Below are positions 1-13,226 of a stretch of DNA of 64,000 bases, piece by piece. The notes beneath the pieces are model-generated. The model was given only the letters and a program-made list of their open reading frames with translations. It had not been told where the DNA came from and did not search any database. A program made the translations under genes and the position numbers. Location of the stretch: assembly GCA_013265495.1 (NCBI GenBank), contig MU058824.1, positions 4,057,111 through 4,121,110 on the forward strand, in the 5' to 3' direction. This DNA comes from Vicugna vicugna (lineage: Eukaryota). The number at the start of each line of letters is the position of its first letter. Within the stretch, counting starts at the first letter, position 1.

Positions 1-410
1 TGTAACAGCAAAACCCTGGAAACAATCCAAACGTGCTCACACTACATAAATCATTGCACAGGTACAAAATGGCATTCTATGCAGCCATTCTAAAAAAAAA
101 GAGGAAGCTCTTTATGAACTGATATGAAACAATCTCCAATAAGAGTACACACTTTATGATTCCATTTATATCAAATTCTAGAATACATAAAACTAACCTA
201 TGGTGATAAAAATCAGATCAGCGATTGTTGAGAAGAGCAATGGGAGGTGGGGTTACAGGGATTAACTTTCAAGGGCCAGGAGAAAACCTTCTGGTGTAAT
301 AGAAATCTTTTGGACATTGAATAGAGTGGGAAGTACATGGGTACATATCTCTTTCAAAAACTATATAATTAATGTATTTATTTTATCATATATAAATTAT
401 ACCTAAATAG
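1..410 (+). mobile_element. Old L1 (L1ME/L1MD-like) 3' end fragment
   Basis: Typical old L1 3'UTR phrases (tatgattccatttata, aaaactaacctatggtgataaaaatcaga, aattatacct); subfamily recalled, not searched. Confidence 0.6.
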
Positions 411-696
411 CCAATTTTTTAGATGCTAGCCAATAAATTTTACATAAAGAACAGACTACTTTATATTTTCAAGTAAATAAATACAAAATAAAATGAAACA
501 AAAACATTGGAAATCTCTATGAATGTACATAGATGGTCTCCAAGCTAAAATACTAAATGAGGGAGAAAAACAGGTACAGAATAATATTACAGTATGTGAC
601 CATTTGTGTGCAGAAGCCAATAAGCTACACATACACAGTGATAAATTTAAAAAACACATAGATATATATAAAATATACATAGGCATTTCTAAGCAT

Positions 697-1114
<418 letters not shown>

Positions 1115-1553
1115 TTAAATGAGCAAGAAACCTATTTGGGAATTGTTCCAAGCATCAGTATCAACAACTTCAATAATGAGTAGCAAAAGCAACAAAACAA
1201 TTTGTTCAACAATATAGAAATATATAACCAAACTTACTTGTGTGTACATTTAAAAAAAGGCCTTGAGGGTCTTACAAAAGATAAGGTCTATGGGGTGCAG
1301 TAGTAAAACACCCAGAACAATTAACATAATTTCTGACTCCCTTTAGAAGGTTAGCACTCCAAACAAGGAAAATGACAGAAACACTGCTCAGTGTGCATGC
1401 CTGGGCTACCGCTTCGTTCTCAGAAACGTCCATGAAGGAGCATGCTGAACCAAAAATTGGTGAACATAGGTAAAAGGTACGCAGCTTATTCACTGTCTCT
1501 GTTTTCCAACTTTTCAAGGAGCTTGAAATTTTCCAAAATAAGAAGTTGATTGG

Positions 1554-1703
1554 GAAGGGGAAGGATATAGCTCAGTGGTAGAGTGTGTGCTTAGTATGCA
1601 CGAGGTCCTGGGTTCAATCCCCAGTACTTTCATTAAAATAAATAAATGAATAAATGAACAAATGAATAAATAAATCTAATTACCTCTGCCCTGCCCCCTA
1701 AAA
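1554..1703 (+). mobile_element. tRNA-derived SINE (camelid Vic-1-like)
   Basis: A box (tagctcagtgg), B box (ggttcaatcc), A-rich middle, taattacct-C-rich tail; TSD aagaagttg(a/g)ttgg at 1540-1553 and 1704-1717. Confidence 0.9.
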
Positions 1704-2513
1704 AAGAAGTTGGTTGGAGAGGAGAACAAACCAGGCTGAAAAAATTTTTAAATCCATATTAAAGATAGAAATCCAGATATTCATAATGTAAACAAGTAAA
1801 ACTTTATTATAAAATAAGACTCGATCTAATTAATGATAAATGGCTTAAGATCCAATTTTCTAGGGCCATGCAACCAAATATTAGTTCTTGACCAAGTATC
1901 AATTGTAACTTTGACTATTCTGATATGATCATCTTTTTTTCTTTTTTGAGGGGAGTGGGAGTCTAATGACTAAAACCCTGGGAGTAATCAAAATATTTTT
2001 GAACTCCTAGGAAATAACTAAAATAAGCACAACAACAATAGAAAATATAAAAGTAAGTTTTAAAATAATGAATTAATGTCATCATATTGATGATTCAGAG
2101 TAAGTTTTGAGTATTGGTGTGATGATACGTTTTGTAGCAACAGTTCACATTTTATTTGTTATTTTAGTGTTTGTGTGTCCAAATAATACTAATGTGTCCA
2201 ACTAATACTGTGTCCAAGTCATACTAAAGGTGTAACTAAAGTTTAAATTAAGGGAATTAATCAGATTTGTAATCAGTGTTTAAATGCTCAAGAAAAGTGG
2301 TTTTTAGTGCCTTTTTACTAGTTTAATAAATACAGTATTGAGCACTGAAAAACAAAAATATTAAAAGAGAGCATGAATTGTCAGTTGAAGATTATTAGAA
2401 ATTATTTCTGACAGATCACTGTGTGATTTTGGCATATATTTCAGAAGAAGTTTAAGGAATTGAGCGACATTATTATAATAAAACTTATATTCTCTTTAAC
2501 TTATTTATGTATG

Positions 2514-2637
2514 GTTTTGTTTTGTTTTGGGGAGAGGTAATTTTATTGATTGGTCAAATGATTGATTGTACTGGGGACTGAACCCAGGACCTAGTGCATG
2601 CTAAGCGTGCACTCTACCACTGAGCTATACCCTCACC
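2514..2637 (-). mobile_element. tRNA-derived SINE (camelid Vic-1-like)
   Basis: Reverse-complement SINE head (ctctaccactgagctataccc); TSD tatttatgtatg at 2502-2513 and 2638-2649. Confidence 0.88.
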
Positions 2638-3651
2638 TATTTATGTATGTTAATCAGCACAAAATAAGGTAACAGTGGATGTTAAACTCTGTCTCATTCC
2701 AGAAACAAGGGAGACTCCCCCGTCAAAAAAAAGTCCAACATAAAAGTCCAATATGAAAATGCATTTTCAGTAAATGGTTATTTTTTAATGTTTGATAATT
2801 GTCAGCATTTATAAAATGTTTGTGTTGTTTTACTCAACTGTATGCTAATATTAATTATGATGCTAACCCAACCATGAAGAATAAAAAATGTTTTTTTTAA
2901 CATTCAGAGATTTTTGGTCAGAGGAAAAAAAGACTTTTTTTAATTTTTAAAATTTATCTCCAAAAAAAGAAACAGTCACAATATATACTAAGAGACTAGT
3001 GAATTTTCAGTGTAGAGACCAGAACAAAGTACAGAAGCCAAACCATACAAGGAATGGCAGAAAGAATTAGGAAAAAAGACCACTCAGGATGATTTTGAAC
3101 ACTGGAAAGAGTATATAATGCCAAAAAGACCATAAACAGAGACAGATCGCCCCTTAATAGAAAAACAGAAAACTTTATGTATGTTATATCCAACATAACA
3201 AACTGAATGGGCTGCTTTAGGAGGTAATGAGCATCTCAATCCTGGAAGCATTCATGTAGAGGAAAAAGAGACTGATTAGGAAAAGGATTTCATTAGGTAA
3301 CTCCTAAGGTCACTTTGAATAAAATTCTGGGATGGATGATCTATCTAAACTATAAAATAGATCAACATTTAGTAAGGGTACCATGAGAAGGTAAAGGGGG
3401 ATATCAATACCTAGAAACACCCACAAGACTACAAAACAACTGCAAAAAAATGGATCCTTCAGATTTCAAATATGTGCCATCACCCGGCATTAAAATTAAG
3501 GAAAAAGTAACCCCTTCCCCAGATTACTTCTTAAAACCATAGATTTACACATAACTGGCTATGGAAATGTTATTCTAATAAAAGAGCAGTAACTAGAACA
3601 TTAGAGCAAATTCAGGTTTCAATTTACAAAGCTGATCTATAAATATTTTTA

Positions 3652-3774
<123 letters not shown>

Positions 3775-4224
3775 TTATGAAGAAATAAGCAAACTAACTT
3801 AAATACCATCATCAGAGCAAACTGAGGCCTCAGGCACAAACATCTTTCCATTTACTTTTATAAGGCTCTACTGATCTATATTTTCCTGAAGTTTGTGGCT
3901 CTTTCTTCCTGTTGCTTCCAAAGTGTCAGCCATGACCCTAACCTCTCCTCATCCAATGTCTAGCTAAAGACTCTTTTTTGCCATAATAGGATAGCTTTCA
4001 TTTTGCAGTGAAGAAGTAGGAAAAGAGAATAAAACTCTTTAGAAATTTGTTTTATAATTAACATTGCTAGAACACAATATAAAGTTGCAGAAACAAAAGA
4101 CAATATGAAATTTCGATTCAGTTTTAAAACTGTAAAAATAAGCAATTATGTCTCAAAACTGGATCAAAAGCTAGATAAATGTCTACATTAAGGTATCTAA
4201 AAGAAGCACTTCTAAAAAGAAGCT

Positions 4225-4860
4225 CCTGGTAGTCCCTCCCATGGTCTTCCCCATCTCAGTAAGTGGCAACTCCATTTTCCTAGGTGCTTAGGCCAAACAT
4301 CCAGGAGCCACCCTCAGGTCTTCTCTTTTGTCTCACCTCACATCTAACTCATCAACAAATCCCACTGGCTCTGTCTTCAAAATGTATCAGTGTTTACTTT
4401 GGGGGAAAGGAGTCAGGCACTGACTGGAAATGTTCTATGTCCTGATATAAGCAGGGAACATATGGGTGTATATGTATCTAAAACTCATCAAAATTAGTAC
4501 ACTTTGCATATTTTATTGTGTCATGCCTCAATAAATTAAAACACACACACAAATACTGTATGTACATGTGTCTACACAGAATCCCACCCCTTTCTATACA
4601 AAGAATCCCACTACCTTCAATTCTATCACCAACCAAATGACCATCATCTCCAGCATCACTTACCTAAATAATTGCAATAACCTTTTAACATCTCTCTGCT
4701 TCTGCCCTTGCCCTCTCTCAGCCAATCTTTTCACAATCAAGCAGCCAGAGTGACCCTTAAAAACAAAGGTCAGATCACTCCTCGGCTCAAAACTCTTTAA
4801 TGACTTTTATTCTAAATAAAATGACCTATAAGGCCTCTCCTACAACTCTCTTCTCTTGCT
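4225..4860 (+). mobile_element. L2 fragments interrupted by an old L1 3' fragment (~4385-4550)
   Basis: L2-like phrases (tcttccccatctcagtaagtggcaactccatt, cagcagccagagtgacc, gtcagatcactcc); highly degraded. Confidence 0.55.
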
Positions 4861-4950
4861 CCATTTTTTCTTACTAAAGTAGGTTGAAGAATTTTAAAAC
4901 TACATAGGTTAGGCTAAAAAGCTCCTGGCTGCCCATACACTATACTCTCA

Positions 4951-5202
<252 letters not shown>

Positions 5203-5409
5203 TTAGCTATATGAAAAACCAGTTCCAGATCAAGTAAAGACTTAAATATGAAAGGTAAACCTTTAAATTTTTAATAGGACATTGTCATCATTTCAGGATG
5301 GAAGAGGATCTCTTAAATAGATACAGAATGCGCTAATAAAAAATATAATAACACATTAAACATTAAAATTAAGAACTGCATATCCAAAGACATCATTTAA
5401 AAAAAAACC

Positions 5410-5850
5410 CATAATTTGCAGCAACATGGATGCTCCTGGAGAATGTCATTCTAAGTGAAGTAAGCCAGAAAGAGAAAGGAAAATACCAATGAGATCACTC
5501 ATATGTGGAATCTGAAAAAAAACAAACAAACAAAGCATAAATACAAAACAGAAATAGACTCACAGACATAGAATACAAACTTGTGGTTACCAAGGGGGCG
5601 GGGGGAGGGAACAGACAGACTGGGATTTCAAAATTGTAGAATAGAGAAACAAGATTATACTGTATAGCACAGGGAAATATATACAAGATCTTATGGTAGC
5701 TCACAGAGAAAAAAATGTGACAATGAATATATATATGTTCATGTATAACTGAAAAATTGTGCTCTACACTGGAATTTGACACAACATTGTAAAATGATTA
5801 TAAATCAATAAAAAAAAGTTTAAAAAATAAATAAATAAAAATAAAAAAAC
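5410..5850 (+). mobile_element. Relatively young L1 3' end, 5'-truncated, with A-rich tail
   Basis: ttgcagcaacatggatg...ctaagtgaagtaagccag...tatgtggaatct, L1 3'UTR and aataaa/A-rich tail. Confidence 0.85.
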
Positions 5851-8710
5851 ATAATGTGAGAAAATATTTGTGACACTTATAATAATGGATTTTTATCCAG
5901 AATATATATACATTACCTTCTCTGATACAGTAAGCTAAGTACACCTAATGTTCCTTTAACTACAGATGTGTTCCTAATGGTCTGTGGTCAGTAGGCCTTA
6001 ACAAGAGCTGTTAGCACAAAAAGAATGAGAGGAAGAGCATTCCAGAAAGAGGGAATTTAGGTGCAAAGAGCCCAGAGGAAGAAAAGGTTGACCAGGTACT
6101 GAACTGAAACTGCTTTCAGAGGTACCAGCAGAAGGAAATGCAGATTTGGAGCTGGAACAAATGGTTAGGCATATTGGAAAGAACACTGGATCTCTACCTC
6201 ACACCACACACAAAATCAATTATAATAAAGACTTAAAAGTGAAAGACAAATCTTTAAAATAATATATAGACATACCTATAGTTAGGGGTGGCAAGAGGAA
6301 GACTATGGAGACAACAACTAGGAAAGTTAAGAATTAGAAGAATACAGTTTCAGGGAAGCCAAGAAGGAAGAAAAAGCAAAACTAGTAAAAGAAAGTTTCT
6401 AGGAAGTTGATTTCTAAAAATAGAAGTGTTCATATATAGGTCAAGTCCTAGCATCTGAGTTTAGGTGCTGCAAAGTGGAGCTTTCTTTATACGGAGACAT
6501 GGAGTGAAGCTCTCTGAACCTATGTAAGTACGGTTTCTCTAAGGAGCTCTTCTTCCCAGAGGCTAGTATGAAAGGACAGGACTTGAGATTTCAACCTTGG
6601 GAAGAGATGCTCCCACACCCCTTAGAAAGCTGAGTAGGAATCAGAGGGGCCCAGGAAGTGGAGGTCAGTGAGTCAAGAACAAAGAATCTCCCATATAATC
6701 CAGCACAGCAGACCAAGGGCTCTGGAGTTTATAAAGGGCCTTGAGGCTAGTGATGAATTCCTCCCTTGCCTGGCCTGATTCCTGTGCACAAATCTCCCTC
6801 AGTGACCCAGCAGTGGACTAGTTATGGCAGGCACAGGGTTCAGGATCCCAGGACCTCACTGTTTCTAACACTTAGATTTGGTAAGTACACGCATAGCCAA
6901 TTGGGACTTGAGCAAAGTTCCACCTGTAAAGTGCAAAAAACATACATCTTAATTACTGCCTCTCAGTAGTGGAAAGCTGGTGCTACTGCTCCTTTCTTGA
7001 GCCAGAGACTCTCCCTTCACCAACAGGCAGAGATTTAGGAAGTCTGCTGAAGGCTGTTGGATTAAGTGGCCAGCACCATGTTCACTGCCTTCAAGTTCCC
7101 TGTCCTTCATCCTGGCTTATCCAGAGCTGAGTGACCAGCATGTTATTAAGCGTTAATAATGGTCATGACTTTGGAAAACCAAGAATATGAATTCAACCTC
7201 AGGAGTGTGGTGAGTTTATAAAGGAAAAGACAGGAGCAATAGGGAAGATCCTTACTACATTGAGGATGAGCCATCTTCTTAAACTGAGGTGAAGAAAAAA
7301 ACTGAATGAAATTATCAAAAGCCCAAGAGCTACAGAATATTTTTTTCAAATATCCCTTTAAATATCCTTTTAAAATGCCTAAAGCACTCTAATTCCATGA
7401 ATCATTTTATTTGGAGATAAAAGGTATGTTATTATCAGCAAGTAAAAAGCCTGCAAAAATTTGGCCAGTGAACTGAACACTGGAGCAAAAAGTTTTGGAA
7501 GGAAAAATATCAAAATCTAAGGGAAAAAAATCAGCTTTGAAAAAATAAAAAACATTTTCAGTCTTAATATCAAAGCTGAAATAGCAAGAAAGATAAAGAT
7601 CACGGCAAAAGACATTCTGATCCAAGAAATAATGAGTCATTTCCTAGGAAGAGATGGCATTGGACCAACTTAATAAACAGGTTGAACTTTTAATCTAGCT
7701 AAACCTGCATGAATGGAGTAGGCAAACAAAAGAAGCAAAATCAGGTCCTGATACTAATGGAAAGTTGGTGATATAAAATGAAATATTCCTGCTTCCACTG
7801 GAGTGGCAAAAGTTGTCCCAGGCAAGCAGACATCACAGAGGAAATATTTATTCTCCCTGGGCACCTGAGACACAGGATTAGAAATATTCTTAACAACAAT
7901 ACTAACTCAGAAATCTTTTAAAGGGCATTTGTCATTGGAACAAATGTAGGAATTAAATGGAACCACACCACAAAAAGACAGGAATCACAGGACTAAGAAT
8001 TTTTAAGACAGGCAAAAACAGAGGTCAACACGAGGCTAAGAAATCTTTGAGATCCTGATGAGGGAGAAGAGAAAGAATAGAAGATTAGAAATGTCAGGCT
8101 ATAAATCTTGTCTAGAAAGTTGTCTGCTATAAAAGCAGGCTATAAGGTTCCTTAAAGAACAAAGCCCCAACTAATGCAGTATTGGGATATTCAGAATACA
8201 GGTGCTAAAGAGGTAACACAAAGAGACATTTCAAAGTTTAAAAACCATGAGACGGAAATGGACAAAAGCAAAGATGTAGGCCTTAGGTAATATAAGAATC
8301 CCAATTACCACCAGTGCACAGGCCTAAATTCCTTAAAAAAGACTGGGCTATTTCAAACTACCATACTCAGAAAGAGAAAGCAACTGGTATGATGTTGGAA
8401 TTCACTTCCCAGATGAGGGATATATGAGTGTCATAATCACTTCTTGATAGATTTTTCCCAAATGAGTTTGCAAGTTCCAGGTTATGGCCTCTGGTCAACT
8501 AGCAGAGATCAATGCACCAATATAAGACTGAATCACACATCTCCTCCTTTTCTGTCTTCCATTTTCTTATCTACCCCCTTCCCTCAAATCACACCATGTC
8601 TTTAGGTGAATAATACCAATGTGGGCCTAAATTGTATCTACTGAATCCAGGGAACATCATTTTTGCTACTGTATAAGAAAACTGGTGTTTATTTTGCAAA
8701 CTGCTATAAT

Positions 8711-8762
8711 ACACAACATTGTAAAATGACTATAACTCAATTAAAAAAAGTTTTTAAAAAAA
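8711..8762 (+). mobile_element. 52-bp extreme 3' L1 fragment
   Basis: acacaacattgtaaaatgactataa matches the end of the L1 at ~5780-5805; perfect TSD aaactgctataat at 8698-8710 and 8763-8775. Confidence 0.85.
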
Positions 8763-9989
8763 AAACTGCTATAATGATAGCAGATTTTACTTGGTTTTTA
8801 AATTTTGTGGATGTGGACCTGGTTGTAAAATGCCCTGTTTACCCTCTAGAGTTTGGAAATATAGAATATAGGAAAGACTTGTGACTGGAGTAACCCAACT
8901 ACTGCTAAAGGAAGTATACAATCAATGTAGAAGGCAGTCTCTCAACTATAGATAATGAAGAAGGAAACTAGACCCCAATCAAACACTTGAATGTCCCTCT
9001 GAATGTGATTAAATAGAAGAATTGGAGGTATATACAACTGGGATTTGGACCTCAAGGAAACAAGGAATTGCCTAGTTAGCGGGAGGAAGTTTAGCAGTAC
9101 ATTTTATAAGAGAGCAACAAATTGGGGGCACATTCTTATTAATATAGTATTATTTGGACTATGCTATTACCTGTTATGTAATACATCTACCTCATCTAGT
9201 GAGCCTCGTAAGACATTGATGCTGAGGATATTTCAAATGAGAAGTAGAATACAAATGGCTCATAATGCGGCCTTTTAATATATTTAATTAACATCCGGTC
9301 CTGCTCCCTTGCAAAGGTTTCTGGGAGCACCAACAAAGACGCATTCATTCCTAAAGGTAATAAGGGACCAATCTGGCCATCTCCTTGGTTCACGGTAGAC
9401 CACAGAAAGGACAGATCCACTGGTGAGACAAGCCCATGAAGATGCAGTAGGGGCGTTTCTGATTTCTCTCACGTAACACAGAAACAGAAACCAAAATATG
9501 TACAAAAAAGCTAGGAATACTGGCCTCTAGGCAAAACTCCAGGCAACTCTGAACCCCCTATTCCTTCCCCCTTCTACTACCAAAGAGAAATACCAAAGGT
9601 GAATCTCAGGAACAATTACTCATCCTAGGTGCTAGAGGCCTGATCGCTCTCCTGGGATGCCCTCCTTTGAAAGTCTCTTCACCCATTGGTTTCTGGGTGG
9701 GAGCCACTCCTTTACAGCTAATACCGTTCTGTGTACACTCTCAGTGTGAGCCTCTTAAGCCACTACTTTAAGAAGGCAAAGGGAGAGGAAGGGTTTGGAC
9801 TCTGAAAAGGAGGTGATAAGAAATAACACATTTCCTTTTTTACGGGACTGCCCCAGTAAGCTGAGTTGTATGAACAGAAATAACCCGAAACCCTTCCTGA
9901 ACTTCTTTCCCGGAGACCGTCAGGATCATGGAAAAGGGAATTCACATCAATCACAGACTCCTAGGTGGCCAATGGTTTGCCTGCACACT

Positions 9990-10475
9990 TCGTAGATAAG
10001 CCGGAGGCGGGTACGTTCACTATCCCCACTTAACAGAGGAGAAAACCGGGGTTCGGAAAGGTTATCGCATAGAGGGGGCTGCGCTTCTAAGGCGGGGCTG
10101 TGGTGAAGTTCCTCCGTCTCCCGTGAGCCGGGAGCACACTGGGCTCGCGCCGCCGCCCCCACGCTGCGCACAGCCGGGACCTCGGCCCTCACCCAAGGCG
10201 GGACACTGACCTGAAGGCAGAGAGCCAGGCGGGACCGCGCTGGGCAGAAGGACTAAGGCCTGCGGTCCGAAGCAAATCTGCCAGTGCAGAGAGTCCCTAG
10301 GAAGACTTTGAACGGTCGGGTTCTGGCCGCTTCCGCCCGCCAAGGGACTCAAACCTCCCGCGCCGGAAGGGGCGGGGCGCGGCGGGGGCGTGGTCGCCCT
10401 CGGACCCGGAGCTGGGCTGGCTGGCCGGGGAGCCGGGTGGCCGAGTGGCCTACTCGGCGACTGAGGCGTGACTTC
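9990..10475 (-). promoter_or_regulatory. MELK: MELK CpG-island promoter
   Basis: High GC/CpG; GC boxes (ggggcggggc 10369-10378); E2F-like TTGGCGGG (minus, 10336-10343); ETS-like CGGAAG. Confidence 0.9.
10211..10357 (-). other. MELK: MELK non-coding exon 1 (5' end approximate)
   Basis: Minus strand reads cccttggcgggcggaagcggcc...ccttcag|gtcagt, resembling the recalled human MELK 5'UTR; donor at 10210. Confidence 0.8.
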
Positions 10476-10949
10476 AGTCCTTGGTCTTAAAACTGGAGTA
10501 CTCTTCCCCAGGAGGGCCCTTGAAGATTTTCCTGGTGGCGTGGATGTACAAAATTTAAGAATAATTCAACTTTCTTAAGTTGTTTCCTAAATGGATCTGC
10601 AGACAAGACGCAGTTCTCATTTTCGTCCTCCCCTTGCCCAGTGGCACTTCTCCCATCCAACAAAAAACAAGTATACCGCTTCCTCTCCAAATCTTACTAA
10701 AATGTGTTGCCACGAGGAATAAAACCCCCAGGGGCCAAATTGTCCATTAGATAACTCAAGGTACCAGAAAACACTAACCTAGCATCACAGAAGTCCTTCT
10801 AATGTGTTTTACTGTTCGGTCATTATTTATGTGACTTTCATCAGCTGTATGAATTACAGTTGTTAGAAGTCAAGCGACAAGGAAAAAATTAAAAATTGTA
10901 GCCAAAGAAAGAAAAAATATTAAGTATAAATTTATACATGTATTTTTTA

Positions 10950-11255
10950 ATGAACTTTTTTTTTTTAGAGCTGTTTAGGTTCACAGCAAATTTAAGAAGG
11001 TACAGGGATTCCTCCTAAACTCTGCCCCCACCACAGGCGTAGCCTCCCGTATTATCAATATTCCCCACCAGAATGGTACATCTGTTACACCTGATGAACT
11101 TACATTACTACCCAGACCGTAACTTAATATGAGGGTTCCCTCTTGGTGTTGTACATTTTATGGGTTTAGACAAATACATAATCAGGTGTCGCCACCATTA
11201 TAGTATCATACAGAGTACTTCACTGCCCTAAAAATTTTCTGCTCTGCCTACCCAT
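10950..11255 (-). mobile_element. Old L1 3' end fragment (L1MC-like)
   Basis: tttaggttcacagcaaattt...gaatggtacat...cttggtgttgtacattttatgggtttagacaaat. Confidence 0.6.
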
Positions 11256-11569
11256 GAAGTGGAATAGTGTCATATATGTTTTTTTATCACAATAAAGTAC
11301 AATACAGCACGGGACAAAAGATTTTCAAGCAAAAAAAAATTACACTAAGATAACATTCTTTGGAACAGAAATATAAGTAAGGAGAAAAAAGAAGGAAAAC
11401 GAGCAAGTTAAAAAAGATACCGTGTATTTTGTTCGTGTATTTATTCATTGAGTGATAGTGGGTATCAAATCATTCCAGTATTTCCAATCCACTGGCTATC
11501 TTTAAAGCAGTTATAGCTTTACTTTCAGAGGTTTACAATAATCAGGTTTAAAATATATATTTACAATAA

Positions 11570-11711
11570 GGGGGGAAGATATAACTCAGTGGTAGAGTGC
11601 AAGCGCAGCATGCATGAGGTCCTGAGTTCAATCTTCAGTACCTACATTTAAACAAACAGACAAACAAACAAGCAAACAAACAAACAAACCGAATTACCTC
11701 CCGCCCCAAAG
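11570..11711 (+). mobile_element. tRNA-derived SINE (camelid Vic-1-like) with (AAAC)n middle
   Basis: SINE head and aattacctccc tail; TSD tttacaataa at 11560-11569 and 11712-11721. Confidence 0.88.
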
Positions 11712-12018
11712 TTTACAATAATTCAAAACTTACAACCTTTGTAACTATTCAAAATTATGATCGATGTTTATAACCCAACTTCAAACAGTTGAAAAGGGCT
11801 GGCTTTTGAAGATGGCACGGCTCTAAAAAGTTTGAAGCGGTGCCAAGGAAACTTCGTGCAACTTTGGTCAGGAATCAGGATTATTAAGACCTCAGCGATT
11901 CACCGCTGCTAAAAGGGCGTGGGCCAGCCAGGGTCCCCCACGAGGAGCTAGAGTAGCCGTCTCTATGGTCGAGCAGACATAGAGCGGTTCCCTTCTTCTC
12001 CACGCGGTGGGGCTGCGC

Positions 12019-13226
12019 ATGAGCTGTAGTCGCAGCGTTGGAAAGATGGCGGAGAGACAGCAAGAGAAAGCCTCCCTTTGGTTCCAGACAACTTCCTGAA
12101 GGAGAGGAAGGTTTATCAGACCCTCAGAGTCTCCCAGGCAAAGCAGGAGCTTTTTGCAAAAGAAGGAGTAGAGGAAAGGAAAAGAGCTCAAGTTTGAGCG
12201 ACTAGAATGGGTCCTACATGATTCCTGGCGGCAACTACGGGACAGGGTGTGCCTCAGACGACTGCTAGTGAAACCTCGCGGCTTGGAAGTGCTAGATAAA
12301 CATTCCCTGGCCTTTGTTGTATGCATCCAGAGGATTAATGGGGTGAGTTTACTGGTGCAGAGGACTGTTATAAGACCCGCTTGAATGAGATTTTTAGTGG
12401 TGTCTATTGTAAGACAACAGGGTGGCCGGTTGGTGAGCCAGTGACATGCGGGTTGGTAAAAGAATACCAGAGATTAAGTATAAGAATAGAAAGGAGTTTA
12501 TTAGGGTACACTGTTGTAGGCAATAGTGGGACACACAGGCGAGGGGTGCCTGTGTGAGGTCCTAGGGCTGGTTATTGGGGTCTTTTATAAGGTCGGGTCA
12601 CAAGGTGCCTGGTGCACAAGTCTCTGACTGGGTGTAGGTGAGGTCAGCTGTTTAGGGCAGTGGGATTTGACTCTTATAAAGTGGGCTGAAACAAGCCAGC
12701 CTGAGTTATTGTGAGATTAAGCATTACCTAGGGCTGTTAGTTTGTTAAGGGAAACACGCCTCGTAAAGAATGTCAGCCATCTGAGAGCCTAGGAATGAGG
12801 GTAGTTGGACTTTGAAGGACATAAGTTGGTGGAACAGTGTCTTTGCAAAAGTAACTCTTCAAACCATAAAAAACGCTTCCTACGGTGGAAACTTCTGTGA
12901 CCTGGGAATTTCCAAATCTGAAGTCTGTTGGAGAAGTCATCTTGAAACATGGACAACCCAAGGTCAAGAATAAAATCATCCCTCTAACAGGCAACACAGT
13001 GATTGAGCAGCACCCGGGGAAGTTTGGTGTCATTTGCTTGGAAGACCACATTCATGAAATTTCCTTCCCGGCCAAGAATTTTCAGGTGATCTCAGGGTTC
13101 TTGTGCCCTTTCCAACACTCAGTGGCCTGTCACACTGTCAACAATAGAGTGGGCTTCCTCGGGGAAGTGGCTTCATCTGGCTATCAAGGTGAACGCGTCA
13201 CACAGCTCACCCAGCAGCTGAACTAA
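12019..13226 (+). pseudogene. RPL7L1: Processed pseudogene of RPL7L1 (ribosomal protein L7-like 1), split by an LTR
   Basis: Intronless; translates piecewise to [74 protein letters not shown]-stop; ATGs at 12019 and 12046; several frameshifts and an in-frame TAG near 12168; 3'UTR-like sequence may continue to ~14740 (inferred). Confidence 0.93.
12405..12836 (-). mobile_element. Solo LTR, probably class III (ERVL/MaLR-like)
   Basis: 5-bp TSD GTGTC at 12400-12404 and 12837-12841; minus-strand TGTT...(CA>TA) ends; TATAAAAG at 12589-12582; AATAAA at 12502-12497; removing it restores the RPL7L1 sequence. Confidence 0.85.

Noticed and set aside
12885..13226. 113-aa RPL7L1-like ORF as a functional retrogene
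   Set aside because: No ATG start, the upstream part is frameshifted and LTR-interrupted, and many conserved residues are substituted.
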